The notes under the pieces are model-generated. The model saw nothing but the letters and a program-made list of their open reading frames with translations. It ran no database searches and had not been told where the DNA came from. Of a DNA stretch of 64,000 nt, positions 9,850-20,037 are shown in pieces. How positions within the stretch are numbered: the first letter of the stretch is position 1; each line of letters opens with the position of its first letter. Source of the DNA: an uncultured Bacilli bacterium. Lineage in GTDB: Bacteria; Bacillota_I; Bacilli_A; RF39; UBA660. Where the stretch lies: assembly GCA_910588195.1 (NCBI GenBank), contig CAJUPN010000002.1:130375-194374 (forward strand), written 5' to 3'. The translations under genes were made by a program, and so were the position numbers.

Positions 9850-11183
9850 TGGAAAGGAATAGTATTGATTTAACAGTTATAGATAATAAAATAACAAATA
9901 TAAATGAGATAATTTCCATACTTAATAGTAACTATCCTGATAAAATGGGACAAATAAATTATTTTAAGACCTTAAAAAATAGAATAACATCTTCAGATTT
10001 TGATAATAAAGAAGAAGTAATTGAAATACTTAACTCTAAAATTATTGAGTCTACATTAGCCCTACAAGATCACATATCTAATAAAGAGGCTCTTAGTATC
10101 TTAAAAGATATTTCCACAAATTTTACTAAATTAGGTTTTGTATCTACTAGCGCGAATGATAATGATTCAAATCAATATATCGATTATATAACTTACATTA
10201 ATGATTATGGAGAAATTGAAATGATTCCTTGTGTATCAGAATACGTAGTTTACAATTTCATTAAAGAAATGGCTAATACCCTAGTTAATATGAATGCTAA
10301 AGAGTTTTTTGACTATTTTACAAAATACATAAGCAAATCTTTGAATTTTCAGTCGCCAGAAGATCTAAAAAAAGACTTAGAAACAAGAAAGCAAGCCTGT
10401 GTATTTGATGCTGAAATTGAAAAGCTAGAGTTAGAAGAAGTAGAAAGCTATAAAAGAACTTATGGTATTACTAGTGAAATAAACGTTACCATAGATGAAG
10501 CAGGAGAAAGAATTTATCGTATAAAAGATGGGATTATAAAATTTAAAACTGTTGGTACAAATAGGGAAATGCAAGTTTTAAAACCACCAACACTTAAGGT
10601 TGAAGATGAATATGCTAGTTTGTTATCTGAATTAGATGATGATCCACTAGAAGTAGAACACCCTGAAACTGTAAGTGTTGCTACCTATAAAGATTCGTTT
10701 GATTCTTTGGAAACAATAACTTATGATACTTTTAACAATACAAGATTAAAAGAAATAATTGCCAAAAGAGATGTATACGATATTGAATTAACTTACGAAG
10801 AACAACATGAATTAAATGTCTACATTAAATACTTACTAACACACATGCAAGATACAATAACTGGTTTAAAAGAAGTTGATGAACAAATTCATTTATTTCG
10901 TGATGTAATGGAAGCTAAAAGGGGAACAAAAGCCAGCTACGTCGATACTTTTGAGGCTATAAAAAGTGGCCTTGCAAAAGAAAACGAACTAGATGATCTT
11001 GAAAAAACTTTTACCGAAAAGTATTTAAAATGTAAAGAAAAGATGCAAGAATTAAAAATCGGCAATAATTTAGAAAAGAAGTTAGAGTTAAAAGATAATA
11101 GTGGTCTTGCTACAATTATTGTTTTAATGGAGTTAATTACCTTAGCAATGTTTATAATGATGTTTTTAAGACTTGATATCTAA
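9849..11183 (+). CDS. Hypothetical tail-anchored protein (444 aa), translationally coupled to the SEDS gene
   Basis: The ATG overlaps the SEDS stop (TAATGG). Soluble acidic protein with a single C-terminal TM helix (ATIIVLMELITLAMFIMMFL). Confidence 0.5.
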   Translation: MERNSIDLTVIDNKITNINEIISILNSNYPDKMGQINYFKTLKNRITSSDFDNKEEVIEILNSKIIESTLALQDHISNKEALSILKDISTNFTKLGFVSTSANDNDSNQYIDYITYINDYGEIEMIPCVSEYVVYNFIKEMANTLVNMNAKEFFDYFTKYISKSLNFQSPEDLKKDLETRKQACVFDAEIEKLELEEVESYKRTYGITSEINVTIDEAGERIYRIKDGIIKFKTVGTNREMQVLKPPTLKVEDEYASLLSELDDDPLEVEHPETVSVATYKDSFDSLETITYDTFNNTRLKEIIAKRDVYDIELTYEEQHELNVYIKYLLTHMQDTITGLKEVDEQIHLFRDVMEAKRGTKASYVDTFEAIKSGLAKENELDDLEKTFTEKYLKCKEKMQELKIGNNLEKKLELKDNSGLATIIVLMELITLAMFIMMFLRLDI

Positions 11184-11222
11184 TATTATTTAAATTATAA
11201 TTAATTACAAGGAGAGATAAAA

Positions 11223-11765
11223 ATGGATTATATTGATGAAGCAGAAATGCAAATGATGAAATCAATTGAAAATTTAGAAGCAAGATTAGTTACAGTTCGT
11301 GCTGGAAGAGCAAGTGCTAGTATGTTAAATGGAATTACTGTAGAATACTACGGATCTAATTCTCCAATCAACGCATTAGCAAATATAACTGTTCCCGAAG
11401 CAAGACAATTATTTATAAAACCTTTTGATAAATCAGCTATCAAAGATATTGAACGTGCTATAAACGAAGCCAATATCGGAATAACTCCAACTAATAATGG
11501 AGAAATGGTTATCTTAACTGTGCCAGAATTAACAGAAGAAACGAGAAGAAACTATGTTAAACAAGTAAGCGAGATGGGAGAACAAGCTAAAATTGCTTTA
11601 CGTAATGCTAGACAAGATGCTAATAATCTAATAAAAAAAGATGAAACGCTTACTGAAGATGAAGCAAAATCACTTACTGAAGATGTTCAAGAATTAATAA
11701 ATAAATATAACAAAATAGTTGATGAAAAAATAAAAGAAAAAGAAACAGAATTAATGAGTGTCTAA
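11223..11765 (+). CDS. frr: Ribosome recycling factor
   Basis: Full-length match to RRF (VRAGRASASMLNGITVEYYG...ITPTNNGEMVILTVPELTEETRR). RBS AGGAGAG. Confidence 0.9.
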   Translation: MDYIDEAEMQMMKSIENLEARLVTVRAGRASASMLNGITVEYYGSNSPINALANITVPEARQLFIKPFDKSAIKDIERAINEANIGITPTNNGEMVILTVPELTEETRRNYVKQVSEMGEQAKIALRNARQDANNLIKKDETLTEDEAKSLTEDVQELINKYNKIVDEKIKEKETELMSV

Positions 11766-11883
11766 TAGACATTCTTTTTTTATTAAAAAATACTATGAAA
11801 GAGAGACTCCCATAGTATATGAATATTTTAAATAAACTTAAGAATAGAATAAATATTAGAAAATATTCTTACATAATACTAAA

Positions 11884-12288
11884 CTAAATGTAAAAATTAA
11901 TAATATTTTCTCTAAATATAAATAAGAGAAGAATAAAAAGCATTATTATCATAAATGATTTTGGACTATAATTATCTTCATGAGTTTTTCCTTTAATTAA
12001 AATAAAACCGATTTCATCAAGAAACACTCCCACACTAATCGACAATAAATATACATTAGTATAAAAATTTGATATAAAAAATAATAAAATTGTAAATAAT
12101 AACCCAAACATCCAATGATGAGTTCTAAAATTCTTTATAGTAGGACTAGGCTTATTAAATATATAAACAGATACCCTTGTTATAATAATAGTTATAAGAG
12201 TAAATAAAAAGAATTTATCATATATAATCATTACATTCACCAAAATGATTTTAACACAATTCCTTAGTAAAGAATAGTAAACTAGCAA
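11884..12288 (-). CDS. hypothetical membrane protein (134 aa)
   Basis: ORF with 3-4 hydrophobic segments. Downstream of a 68 aa membrane ORF on the same strand. Confidence 0.4.
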   Translation of the reverse strand: MLVYYSLLRNCVKIILVNVMIIYDKFFLFTLITIIITRVSVYIFNKPSPTIKNFRTHHWMFGLLFTILLFFISNFYTNVYLLSISVGVFLDEIGFILIKGKTHEDNYSPKSFMIIMLFILLLFIFRENIINFYI

Positions 12289-12318
12289 TATAAATGAAAT
12301 AACAATAAAAAAGTGTAA

Positions 12319-12525
12319 TTAGTCACCACTAATTACACCAGCTAAGAAAATTATAATTGGAACTAAGACAGAAGCTAACATCGCAACAAACATTATCCAT
12401 ACAAATATTTTTGTTGTTAATGATGTATTATCTTTTTTTGTTTTATTTCCATTTTTCTTTTTTGTTTGTTTAATTCGAATGTCTCCTACAACCTCGAATT
12501 CCTTTTCATTTCTCATGAATATCAC
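12319..12525 (-). CDS. hypothetical small tail-anchored membrane protein (68 aa)
   Basis: ORF with a Lys-rich middle and a C-terminal TM helix (IFVWIMFVAMLASVLVPIIIFLAGV). Confidence 0.4.
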   Translation of the reverse strand: MIFMRNEKEFEVVGDIRIKQTKKKNGNKTKKDNTSLTTKIFVWIMFVAMLASVLVPIIIFLAGVISGD

Positions 12526-12591
12526 CTGTAAACATTATATAATAATTAGAATAAATTTTAAAGTATTTAATAATATTAAATAGGTGAAAAT

Positions 12592-13137
12592 ATGAAAAAG
12601 AATAAAAACGTAGCAATATTCGTAGGAATAATTTTAGTAATATCAGTAATAACAGGATTTATATATGGTTTAAATAAAAATGTTGATACTAGTGAATTCA
12701 TTTCTTCAATTAATGGACACAGTAACTTATTCTTTAACCATACAATTTCAATAATTATAATATTTTTTAGTACTTTGGCTTTAGTTAATTTTATAAGTGG
12801 AGCATTAATATTTAGTATTGAAGGATTATCTACAGGTTTTTTACTAGGTGTTCTTTTTAAAAATTATAAATTAAATGGCTTTTTCTTTGGAATTATTAGC
12901 ACAATTATCAATCGTCTTCTTTTTATTATAATTTTAATATATCTTTTTATTATTAGTATAAATTATATAAATAAAGTAATTAAAAATATCTTAGGATTAA
13001 AAAACGATTATATAAGAAGTTTAATTAAACCACTATTAATGCGTTTTTCTTTAATTTTAGTTATAAGTTTAATAAATGATACACTTATTTATTTTTTAGG
13101 TAATATAATTTTAAAAAATTTTGTAAATATGCTATAA
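12592..13137 (+). CDS. SpoIIM-like (stage II sporulation protein M family) membrane protein
   Basis: About 180 aa with 4-5 TM helices. Size and topology resemble the SpoIIM/DUF95 family. Low-confidence family call. Confidence 0.4.
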   Translation: MKKNKNVAIFVGIILVISVITGFIYGLNKNVDTSEFISSINGHSNLFFNHTISIIIIFFSTLALVNFISGALIFSIEGLSTGFLLGVLFKNYKLNGFFFGIISTIINRLLFIIILIYLFIISINYINKVIKNILGLKNDYIRSLIKPLLMRFSLILVISLINDTLIYFLGNIILKNFVNML

Positions 13138-13164
13138 TATTTGTAGTTTAAAGACGGTGGTAAA

Positions 13165-14274
13165 GTGAAGAAAAAAGTTGTAATAGGAATGTCAGGTGGC
13201 GTAGACTCATCAGTTGCTGCTCATGTATTATTAAAACAAGGATATGAAGTAATCGGTCTTTTTATGCGAAACTGGGATTCCATGATTAATAATGATATAG
13301 AGGGAAATCCCAATATTGGCAACAATATATGTCCTCAAGAAGAAGATTATAATGATGCTTTAGCTGTTTGTAATCATTTAGGAATTGAATTACATCGTGT
13401 CGATTTTATAAAAGAGTATTGGGATAATGTATTTACTTACTTTTTAGAGGAATTAAAAAAAGGAAGAACACCAAATCCTGATCTTATGTGTAATAAATAT
13501 ATTAAGTTTGATGTTTTTATAAAGGAAGCTAGAAAATTAGGAGCAGACTATATTGCAACGGGACATTACGCTAGAATTGATGGATGCAAATTATATCGAG
13601 CAAAAGATTTAAATAAAGATCAAAGTTACTTTTTAGCCCAAGTCTCAAAAGAACAATTAAAAGATGTCTTGTTTCCCATTGGAGATTTAGAAAAGCCAGA
13701 AGTAAGAGCGATTGCAACCGATATTAATTTACCAACTGCTAAGAAAAAGGATTCCACAGGAATTTGCTTCATAGGTGAAAGAAACTATCAAAAATTTATT
13801 CAAAATTATTTAAAACCAAATCCTGGGGATATAATTAATATTGATACAAATGAAATTATTGGTAGACACGAAGGACTTATGAATTATACTATCGGTCAAA
13901 GAAGAAATGTGGGGGTATCAGGATTCACAGAAAAGCATTTTGTTGTTGGTAAAAATGTCGAAAAAAATGAACTTTATGTGGCATTTGGAGAAGATCCAGA
14001 AACTTTATATTCTGATGAATGTATTATTGAAAACATTAATTTTATTTCTCCCAATCACCCAACATTTTGTACAGCTAAATTTCGTTATAGAGGCCCAGAC
14101 CACGAAGTTATTTTAACTTATTTAGAGAATGGAGAAATATCCGTAAAATATCCTTCGAAAGTAAAAGCAGTTACTCCAGGGCAAGCTTGTGTCTTATATT
14201 TAGGAGAACAATGCCTTGGAAGCGGAATAATAAAAGAAGTAAGAAAAAACGAGAAAAAATTATGGTATTTATAA
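13165..14274 (+). CDS. mnmA: tRNA-specific 2-thiouridylase
   Basis: The PP-loop VVIGMSGGVDSSVAA is followed by FMRNWD and the central and C-terminal MnmA blocks. An intrinsic terminator follows. Confidence 0.9.
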   Translation: MKKKVVIGMSGGVDSSVAAHVLLKQGYEVIGLFMRNWDSMINNDIEGNPNIGNNICPQEEDYNDALAVCNHLGIELHRVDFIKEYWDNVFTYFLEELKKGRTPNPDLMCNKYIKFDVFIKEARKLGADYIATGHYARIDGCKLYRAKDLNKDQSYFLAQVSKEQLKDVLFPIGDLEKPEVRAIATDINLPTAKKKDSTGICFIGERNYQKFIQNYLKPNPGDIINIDTNEIIGRHEGLMNYTIGQRRNVGVSGFTEKHFVVGKNVEKNELYVAFGEDPETLYSDECIIENINFISPNHPTFCTAKFRYRGPDHEVILTYLENGEISVKYPSKVKAVTPGQACVLYLGEQCLGSGIIKEVRKNEKKLWYL

Positions 14275-14382
14275 GAAAACAGCTAAAAAAATGCTGTTTT
14301 CTTCATTTTTTTACAAATTTCTTAAAAAATTTGAAGTAAAACAAGGAATTATCGGTAATAAGTATATATAGAGGGTGATTTA

Positions 14383-16119
14383 GTGGCTGCTATTGATAAT
14401 GGAGAAATTAATAGAATACAACAGTCTGCAAATATAGTAGAAATTATTGGTTCATATATCACACTTGAAAAAAAAGGAAAAAACTTTTTTGGGATGTGTC
14501 CATTTCATGATGACCACAATCCATCAATGAGTGTTAGTGAAGAAAAGGGTTTGTTTACGTGCTTTGTATGTCACAAGACTGGAAATGTTTTTTCTTTTGT
14601 TCAAGAATATGAAAATATTTCTTTTATAGAGGCAGTAAAAATAGTTGCAAATAAAGTTGGAATTGAACTAGATACTGGGTATAAAGAAACAAGTAAATAT
14701 GATAAACATTATGAAGCAGTTGATTTAGCTTTAAAATTTTATCAAAACAACTTAAAAAGTCAAGAAGGACTAAATGCTAGAAAGTACTTACAAACTCGTG
14801 GCATCGAAGATGAAATAATTGAAGAATTTAATATTGGTTATGCTCCTCCTAACTTTGATACAATAACAAAACTTTTAACAAACAAAGGATATGATGAACA
14901 ACTTCTTATTGAAACGGGTTTATCAGCAAGAGGACAGACCTTATATGATTTATTTCGAAATCGTATTACATTTCCAATTCATAATCCAAATGGTAAGCCA
15001 GTAGGATTCTCAGCCCGTATTTATGAAGACTTAAAAGAAGCAAAATACATAAACACTAAAGAAACACCAATATTTAAAAAAGGGAAAATCTTATTTAATT
15101 ACCACCGAGCTCAAAACGAAGCAAGAAGAGTTAAAAATCTGATTGTTGTTGAAGGGCAAATGGATGCTATACGTATTTATGCTAGTGGTGTAAAAAACGT
15201 CGTTGCAACTATGGGTACAGCTTTAACAGAAGATCACGTAAAATTATTAAAAAAACTCAATGTTACAATAATTCTTTGTATGGATAATGATGAAGCAGGG
15301 GAAAAGGCAACAATTCAAAATGGTGAAGCCTTAACAAATGCTCAAGTAGATTTAAAAATATTAAGATTAAGTGGTGCTAAAGACCCAGACGAATATATTT
15401 TAAAACATTCTAAAGAGGAATTTTTAGATGCTGTAAATAACTCTATAACATATTTCGATTTTAAGTTAAATTATTATAAAAAAGATAAGAACTTAAATAA
15501 AGTAGACGATATTTCAAAATATATAAATCAAGTTGTCAAAGAATTAAACAAAAGCAATGATTCAATTCTTATTGACTTAACAGTAAATGATCTAGCAGAA
15601 AAATATGGTATTGATAAGAATGTACTTTTAAATCAAATAATTAAAGTAGAAACTCCTAAAATATCTAAAATTGAGGTAAGAAAAGAAAAAAAATTATCAA
15701 AAAATCAAAAACTATCTAGTGTTTTATTATATTACATGATGAATGATACAAAATATATAAAGCTGTATGAACAAGAACTAGGATATATTCCGAATGAAGA
15801 ATATTTGGAAATTGCTAATGATATACTTGCTTTTTTCCTAAAATACAATTATATTAGTATAGCAGATTTTATTACTTACGAAATAAGCAAAGATAATTAT
15901 GAAAAAGTCTTAGATATAGTAGATGCAAATATAAAAATAGAACTGAAAGATGCTGAATATGTTGGAATTGTAAATAAAATCAAAACATGGATAGATGAAA
16001 ATAAAATAGAAGAATTAAAAGAAAAGCTAGTAAGTGTTTCTGATATTAATGAAAAATTAAATATCACTAATGAAATAGCTAAAATGAAGAAGAGGATGTG
16101 TCAAAATGAAGAAAGTTAA
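14383..16119 (+). CDS. dnaG: DNA primase
   Basis: Zinc-binding [13 protein letters not shown]...CFVC. TOPRIM block (VVEGQMDA...[10 protein letters not shown]). Overlaps rpoD in the typical dnaG-sigA arrangement. Confidence 0.9.
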   Translation: MAAIDNGEINRIQQSANIVEIIGSYITLEKKGKNFFGMCPFHDDHNPSMSVSEEKGLFTCFVCHKTGNVFSFVQEYENISFIEAVKIVANKVGIELDTGYKETSKYDKHYEAVDLALKFYQNNLKSQEGLNARKYLQTRGIEDEIIEEFNIGYAPPNFDTITKLLTNKGYDEQLLIETGLSARGQTLYDLFRNRITFPIHNPNGKPVGFSARIYEDLKEAKYINTKETPIFKKGKILFNYHRAQNEARRVKNLIVVEGQMDAIRIYASGVKNVVATMGTALTEDHVKLLKKLNVTIILCMDNDEAGEKATIQNGEALTNAQVDLKILRLSGAKDPDEYILKHSKEEFLDAVNNSITYFDFKLNYYKKDKNLNKVDDISKYINQVVKELNKSNDSILIDLTVNDLAEKYGIDKNVLLNQIIKVETPKISKIEVRKEKKLSKNQKLSSVLLYYMMNDTKYIKLYEQELGYIPNEEYLEIANDILAFFLKYNYISIADFITYEISKDNYEKVLDIVDANIKIELKDAEYVGIVNKIKTWIDENKIEELKEKLVSVSDINEKLNITNEIAKMKKRMCQNEES

Positions 16120-17203
16120 CGAAATTAAAACATTTGATGAAAGAAAACAAGAACTAATTGAGATAGGACAAAAAAAAGGCTATATAACTTTTGAACAGTT
16201 AGCCAATGCCTTAAAAGGCTTAGATATGGATGCCGATTCTTTAGATCAATTATATAACACTTTTATAGAACTAGGAATAAGTGTTATTACTGAAGAAGAT
16301 GAAGCATCAGGTGGAGCTAAAAAAGAAGAAGAGGTTGTTGTCTTAGATGACGAAGATTTAACTAAAGATGTAAATATCAACGATCCTGTACGTATGTATC
16401 TTAAAGAAATTGGACGCATATCTCTACTTACAACTGAAGAAGAAATGAATCTTTCCATAAGAGCAGCAGACGGAGATGAAGAAGCAAGAAATGTTTTAGC
16501 CGAATCCAACTTACGTTTAGTTGTATCTATCGCTAAAAGATATGTAGGACGTGGACTATTATTCTTAGATTTAATTCAAGAAGGAAACATAGGATTAATG
16601 AAAGCTGTAGAAAAATTTGACTTTGGAAAAGGATTTAAATTTTCTACCTATGCCACATGGTGGATACGTCAAGCCATCACTAGAGCACTAGCTGATCAAG
16701 CAAGAACAATTCGTGTACCAGTTCATATGGTTGAAACTATTAATAAAATGGCTCGTATTCAAAGACAAATGACTTTAGAGTTAAACCGTGAACCAAGTGA
16801 AGAAGAATTAGCTAAAAAGATGGGAATTTCTGTTGAAAAAGTTCGCGAAGTAATAAAAATAAGTCAAGATCCAGTGTCATTAGAAACACCAATTGGTGAA
16901 GAAGACGACTCGCATTTAGGAGATTTTATTAAAGATGAATCATCACTTTCTCCAGAAGAATATGCTACTAATGAAATATTAAAAGAAGAGATAAAATCCG
17001 TTTTATCTACATTACAACCAAGAGAACAACAAGTTTTAGAATTACGTTTTGGTCTAATAGATGGAACTAGCTATACACTTGAAGAAGTTGGAAAAAGATT
17101 TAACGTAACACGTGAAAGAATTAGACAAATAGAAGCTAAAGCTCTAAGAAAATTAAGACATCCATCAAGAGCAAAAAAATTAAAAGACTTCATGACAGAG
17201 TAA
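16106..17203 (+). CDS. sigA: RNA polymerase primary sigma factor (sigma-70/SigA)
   Basis: Regions 1.2 to 4 conserved ([58 protein letters not shown]...[18 protein letters not shown]). Confidence 0.92.
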   Translation: MKKVNEIKTFDERKQELIEIGQKKGYITFEQLANALKGLDMDADSLDQLYNTFIELGISVITEEDEASGGAKKEEEVVVLDDEDLTKDVNINDPVRMYLKEIGRISLLTTEEEMNLSIRAADGDEEARNVLAESNLRLVVSIAKRYVGRGLLFLDLIQEGNIGLMKAVEKFDFGKGFKFSTYATWWIRQAITRALADQARTIRVPVHMVETINKMARIQRQMTLELNREPSEEELAKKMGISVEKVREVIKISQDPVSLETPIGEEDDSHLGDFIKDESSLSPEEYATNEILKEEIKSVLSTLQPREQQVLELRFGLIDGTSYTLEEVGKRFNVTRERIRQIEAKALRKLRHPSRAKKLKDFMTE

Positions 17204-17283
17204 AAAATATAATAGTAAAGTACAGGGGATTACCTTGTATTTTTTATTTTCTGTTGCTATAATTAAACTAAGATAGGAATGAT

Positions 17284-18114
17284 TTGATGGAGAAAAAATT
17301 AAAAAATATTTTATATATCTTAATTGCTGTTTTTCTACTATTTGTATCCAACTTTTTAGTAATTAAGCCAATATTAAAAAATAAAGACAAAGAGTCTTTA
17401 GAATACAATGATAAAACAAAAATAACTGCATTAGAAAAACAATGTGATAAACAACAAAAACTTTATAGTAAGTACAGTCTAGTTTTAAAAGATGTAAATA
17501 CAAAATCACAAGAATGGTTTAAAGTTAATTTAAAAAGCGATTTAGTTATAAAATTTCAATATTATAATAAAAACAGTGAAATATCTAAACTAAATATAAC
17601 AGTAAATGATCGTCGAATTGAAAATGATGAAGAGTTTTTTGAATATGATAAATTTAAAATAAATTTTCATTTATACGGTGAAACTCTTGTAATTGAACAC
17701 TTAAGATCATACGACCATATACCTTTTATTAAAATAATTGATTTGACTACTGGAAGTATGAAAAACTTGAGCTCAGCTGAAGATTTTTACGTAAATGAAG
17801 TTTTAGTTAATGAATATGGGGTAAAGGTCTCCTACAGTCGTCTTACATCAAAAATAAATTACTTTTTAGAAAAGAAAGAGACTAACATTCCTTTTAGAGT
17901 AGGAAGCAACAATGTTTCATTAAATATATGTGATAAAAATTTATGGCCAGAAGACTTAAAAAACTTAGATTATGTTTATTTTGATATGGATTATCTTTAT
18001 CAAGATGATATAATCGATTTTAATAATCCTAATATTACTAATATGCGTAAATTAGATGCCTTCCTAGCCCCATATCTAAAGGAATTTACAAACATATGTA
18101 AAAATAATAATTAG
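17284..18114 (+). CDS. hypothetical membrane-anchored protein (276 aa)
   Basis: ORF with an N-terminal TM anchor. No recognisable motifs. Confidence 0.45.
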   Translation: MMEKKLKNILYILIAVFLLFVSNFLVIKPILKNKDKESLEYNDKTKITALEKQCDKQQKLYSKYSLVLKDVNTKSQEWFKVNLKSDLVIKFQYYNKNSEISKLNITVNDRRIENDEEFFEYDKFKINFHLYGETLVIEHLRSYDHIPFIKIIDLTTGSMKNLSSAEDFYVNEVLVNEYGVKVSYSRLTSKINYFLEKKETNIPFRVGSNNVSLNICDKNLWPEDLKNLDYVYFDMDYLYQDDIIDFNNPNITNMRKLDAFLAPYLKEFTNICKNNN

Positions 18115-18178
18115 ATAAGTGTTAAACTTATCTTTTATTATGGTATACTAAGCTTATAAAAGTTTTGGAAGTGATTAG

Positions 18179-18838
18179 ATGCTAAGTAAAAGATTAGAAT
18201 CCTTAATAAAATATATAGATAAAAATGATAAACTAATAGATATCGGTTGCGATCACGGATTAATTGATATTTATCTCGTAAAGAATAAAATAATCAATTC
18301 AGTTATAATATCTGATATCCATGAAGGAGCCCTTAAAGCAGGGAAAGAAAATGTAACAAAACATCATTTAGAAAAACAAATTGATGCACGTTTAGGAAAT
18401 GGTCTAGAAGTGTTAAAACAAGATGAAGTGATTGACACAGTTTTAATCTCTGGTATGGGAACTAGTACAATCTTGAAAATTTTAAATAATAATTATTTAA
18501 AAAATATTAATAAGCTAATTTTACAATCCAACAATAATCACGAAGAATTAAGAAAAGAAGTAGTAAAACTAGGTTTTATAATTACTGACGAAGAATACTT
18601 CATTGATAATAAAAAAAATTACATTAATATAGTATTTAAAAGAGGAAACCAAAAATACAAAAGAGATGAATTAAGATATGGTCCAATTCTTATAAAAAAT
18701 AAAGCTTATCTTAATTTTGAATTAGAAAATTGTTTAAAAATAAAGAATTTGATAAAAAATCCTAAATTAAAACAAAAAATATCTTTAAATCACGAGATAA
18801 ATAAGATAAAAAAATATATAAAAAGGGTGAATATATGA
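18179..18838 (+). CDS. trmK: tRNA (adenine22-N1)-methyltransferase
   Basis: Collinear with B. subtilis YqfN/TrmK (SKRLESL..IDIGCDHG...LGNGLEVL...ISGMGTSTI). Confidence 0.85.
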   Translation: MLSKRLESLIKYIDKNDKLIDIGCDHGLIDIYLVKNKIINSVIISDIHEGALKAGKENVTKHHLEKQIDARLGNGLEVLKQDEVIDTVLISGMGTSTILKILNNNYLKNINKLILQSNNNHEELRKEVVKLGFIITDEEYFIDNKKNYINIVFKRGNQKYKRDELRYGPILIKNKAYLNFELENCLKIKNLIKNPKLKQKISLNHEINKIKKYIKRVNI

Positions 18839-20037
18839 AAGTAATAGTTATAGGTGGAGGAGCATCTGGTATTATCGCTGCAATTAAAGCAAGTGAAGTA
18901 TCAGATGTAACCATAATTGAAGGAAACTCTAAAATAGGTAAAAAAATTTTAGTAACAGGTAATGGGCGATCAAATTTTTGGAATGAATCAATAAGTGAAA
19001 GAAATTATAATGAAGAATCGCATGAATTTTTAAAAGATATTTTACCAATCAAAAATGAAGTATATAATTTTTTAACTAATTCACTAGGTATAACTCCAAC
19101 TAATAAAAATGGTTATTTATACCCACGTTCCAAAACTGCTAGTAGCATAACTACAGTGTTAGAAAAAAGAATTAAAAGAAATAATATTGAAGTAATTTAT
19201 GATTTGAAAGTCACTAAAATCACAACTGAAAATAATAATATAAAAATTGAATTAAGCGATAACACTACAATGACTTGTGACAAATTGATAATTGCAACAG
19301 GTGGAAAAGCTGCTTCTAAAACTGGAAGTGACGGATCAGGATATAATCTCTTAAAAGCATTAGATATAGAAATAACCCCCGTCTTACCAGCACTAGTTCC
19401 TCTTATCATAAACGATAAAACAAGATTAGATTGGTCGGGTGTAAGAACTGATGCTAAACTAAGTGTTTATGAAAATAATAAAATTATAAAAGAAGAACTC
19501 GGTGAATTACAATTAACAAATACAGGAATAAGTGGCATTGTAACATTCAACATAAGTGGACTAATTACATCTCTTCTTGAAACCAAGAAACAATTTGAAG
19601 TTTACATTGATTTTTTACCTGAAATAGAAGATATTTCTACTTTTTTAGAAGAAAAAAACAAGAATGCTAATCCCGAAAGTATTGAAGAATTATTAGAAAC
19701 AATGATAAATTATAAACTATTAAATAGTTTACTTTCAAATTGCCATATTAATAAAAATCAAAAGTGGACTGAATTATCTCAAGAAGACAAAAAGGAACTA
19801 ATTTCTACCTTAAAAAAATATAAAATAAACATATCAAGAACTGAAGATTTTGAAAAAGCTCAAGTAACTCGAGGCGGCGTTTGTTTAAATGAAATAACTT
19901 CTAATTTTTCTTTAAAAAAATATCCCAATATAAAGGTAATTGGAGAAATTTTGAACGTAGATGGAATATGTGGTGGCTATAATCTAGCCTTTGCTTTTAT
20001 GTCTGGATACATAGCAGGGAGTAGTATAAATGATTAG
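18835..20037 (+). CDS. HI0933/YhiN-family NAD(FAD)-utilising flavoprotein
   Basis: N-terminal Rossmann fold (VIVIGGGASGIIAAI). C-terminal ITGNGRSN and GGxCGGYNLAF motifs. Its ATG overlaps the trmK stop. Confidence 0.75.
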   Translation: MKVIVIGGGASGIIAAIKASEVSDVTIIEGNSKIGKKILVTGNGRSNFWNESISERNYNEESHEFLKDILPIKNEVYNFLTNSLGITPTNKNGYLYPRSKTASSITTVLEKRIKRNNIEVIYDLKVTKITTENNNIKIELSDNTTMTCDKLIIATGGKAASKTGSDGSGYNLLKALDIEITPVLPALVPLIINDKTRLDWSGVRTDAKLSVYENNKIIKEELGELQLTNTGISGIVTFNISGLITSLLETKKQFEVYIDFLPEIEDISTFLEEKNKNANPESIEELLETMINYKLLNSLLSNCHINKNQKWTELSQEDKKELISTLKKYKINISRTEDFEKAQVTRGGVCLNEITSNFSLKKYPNIKVIGEILNVDGICGGYNLAFAFMSGYIAGSSIND

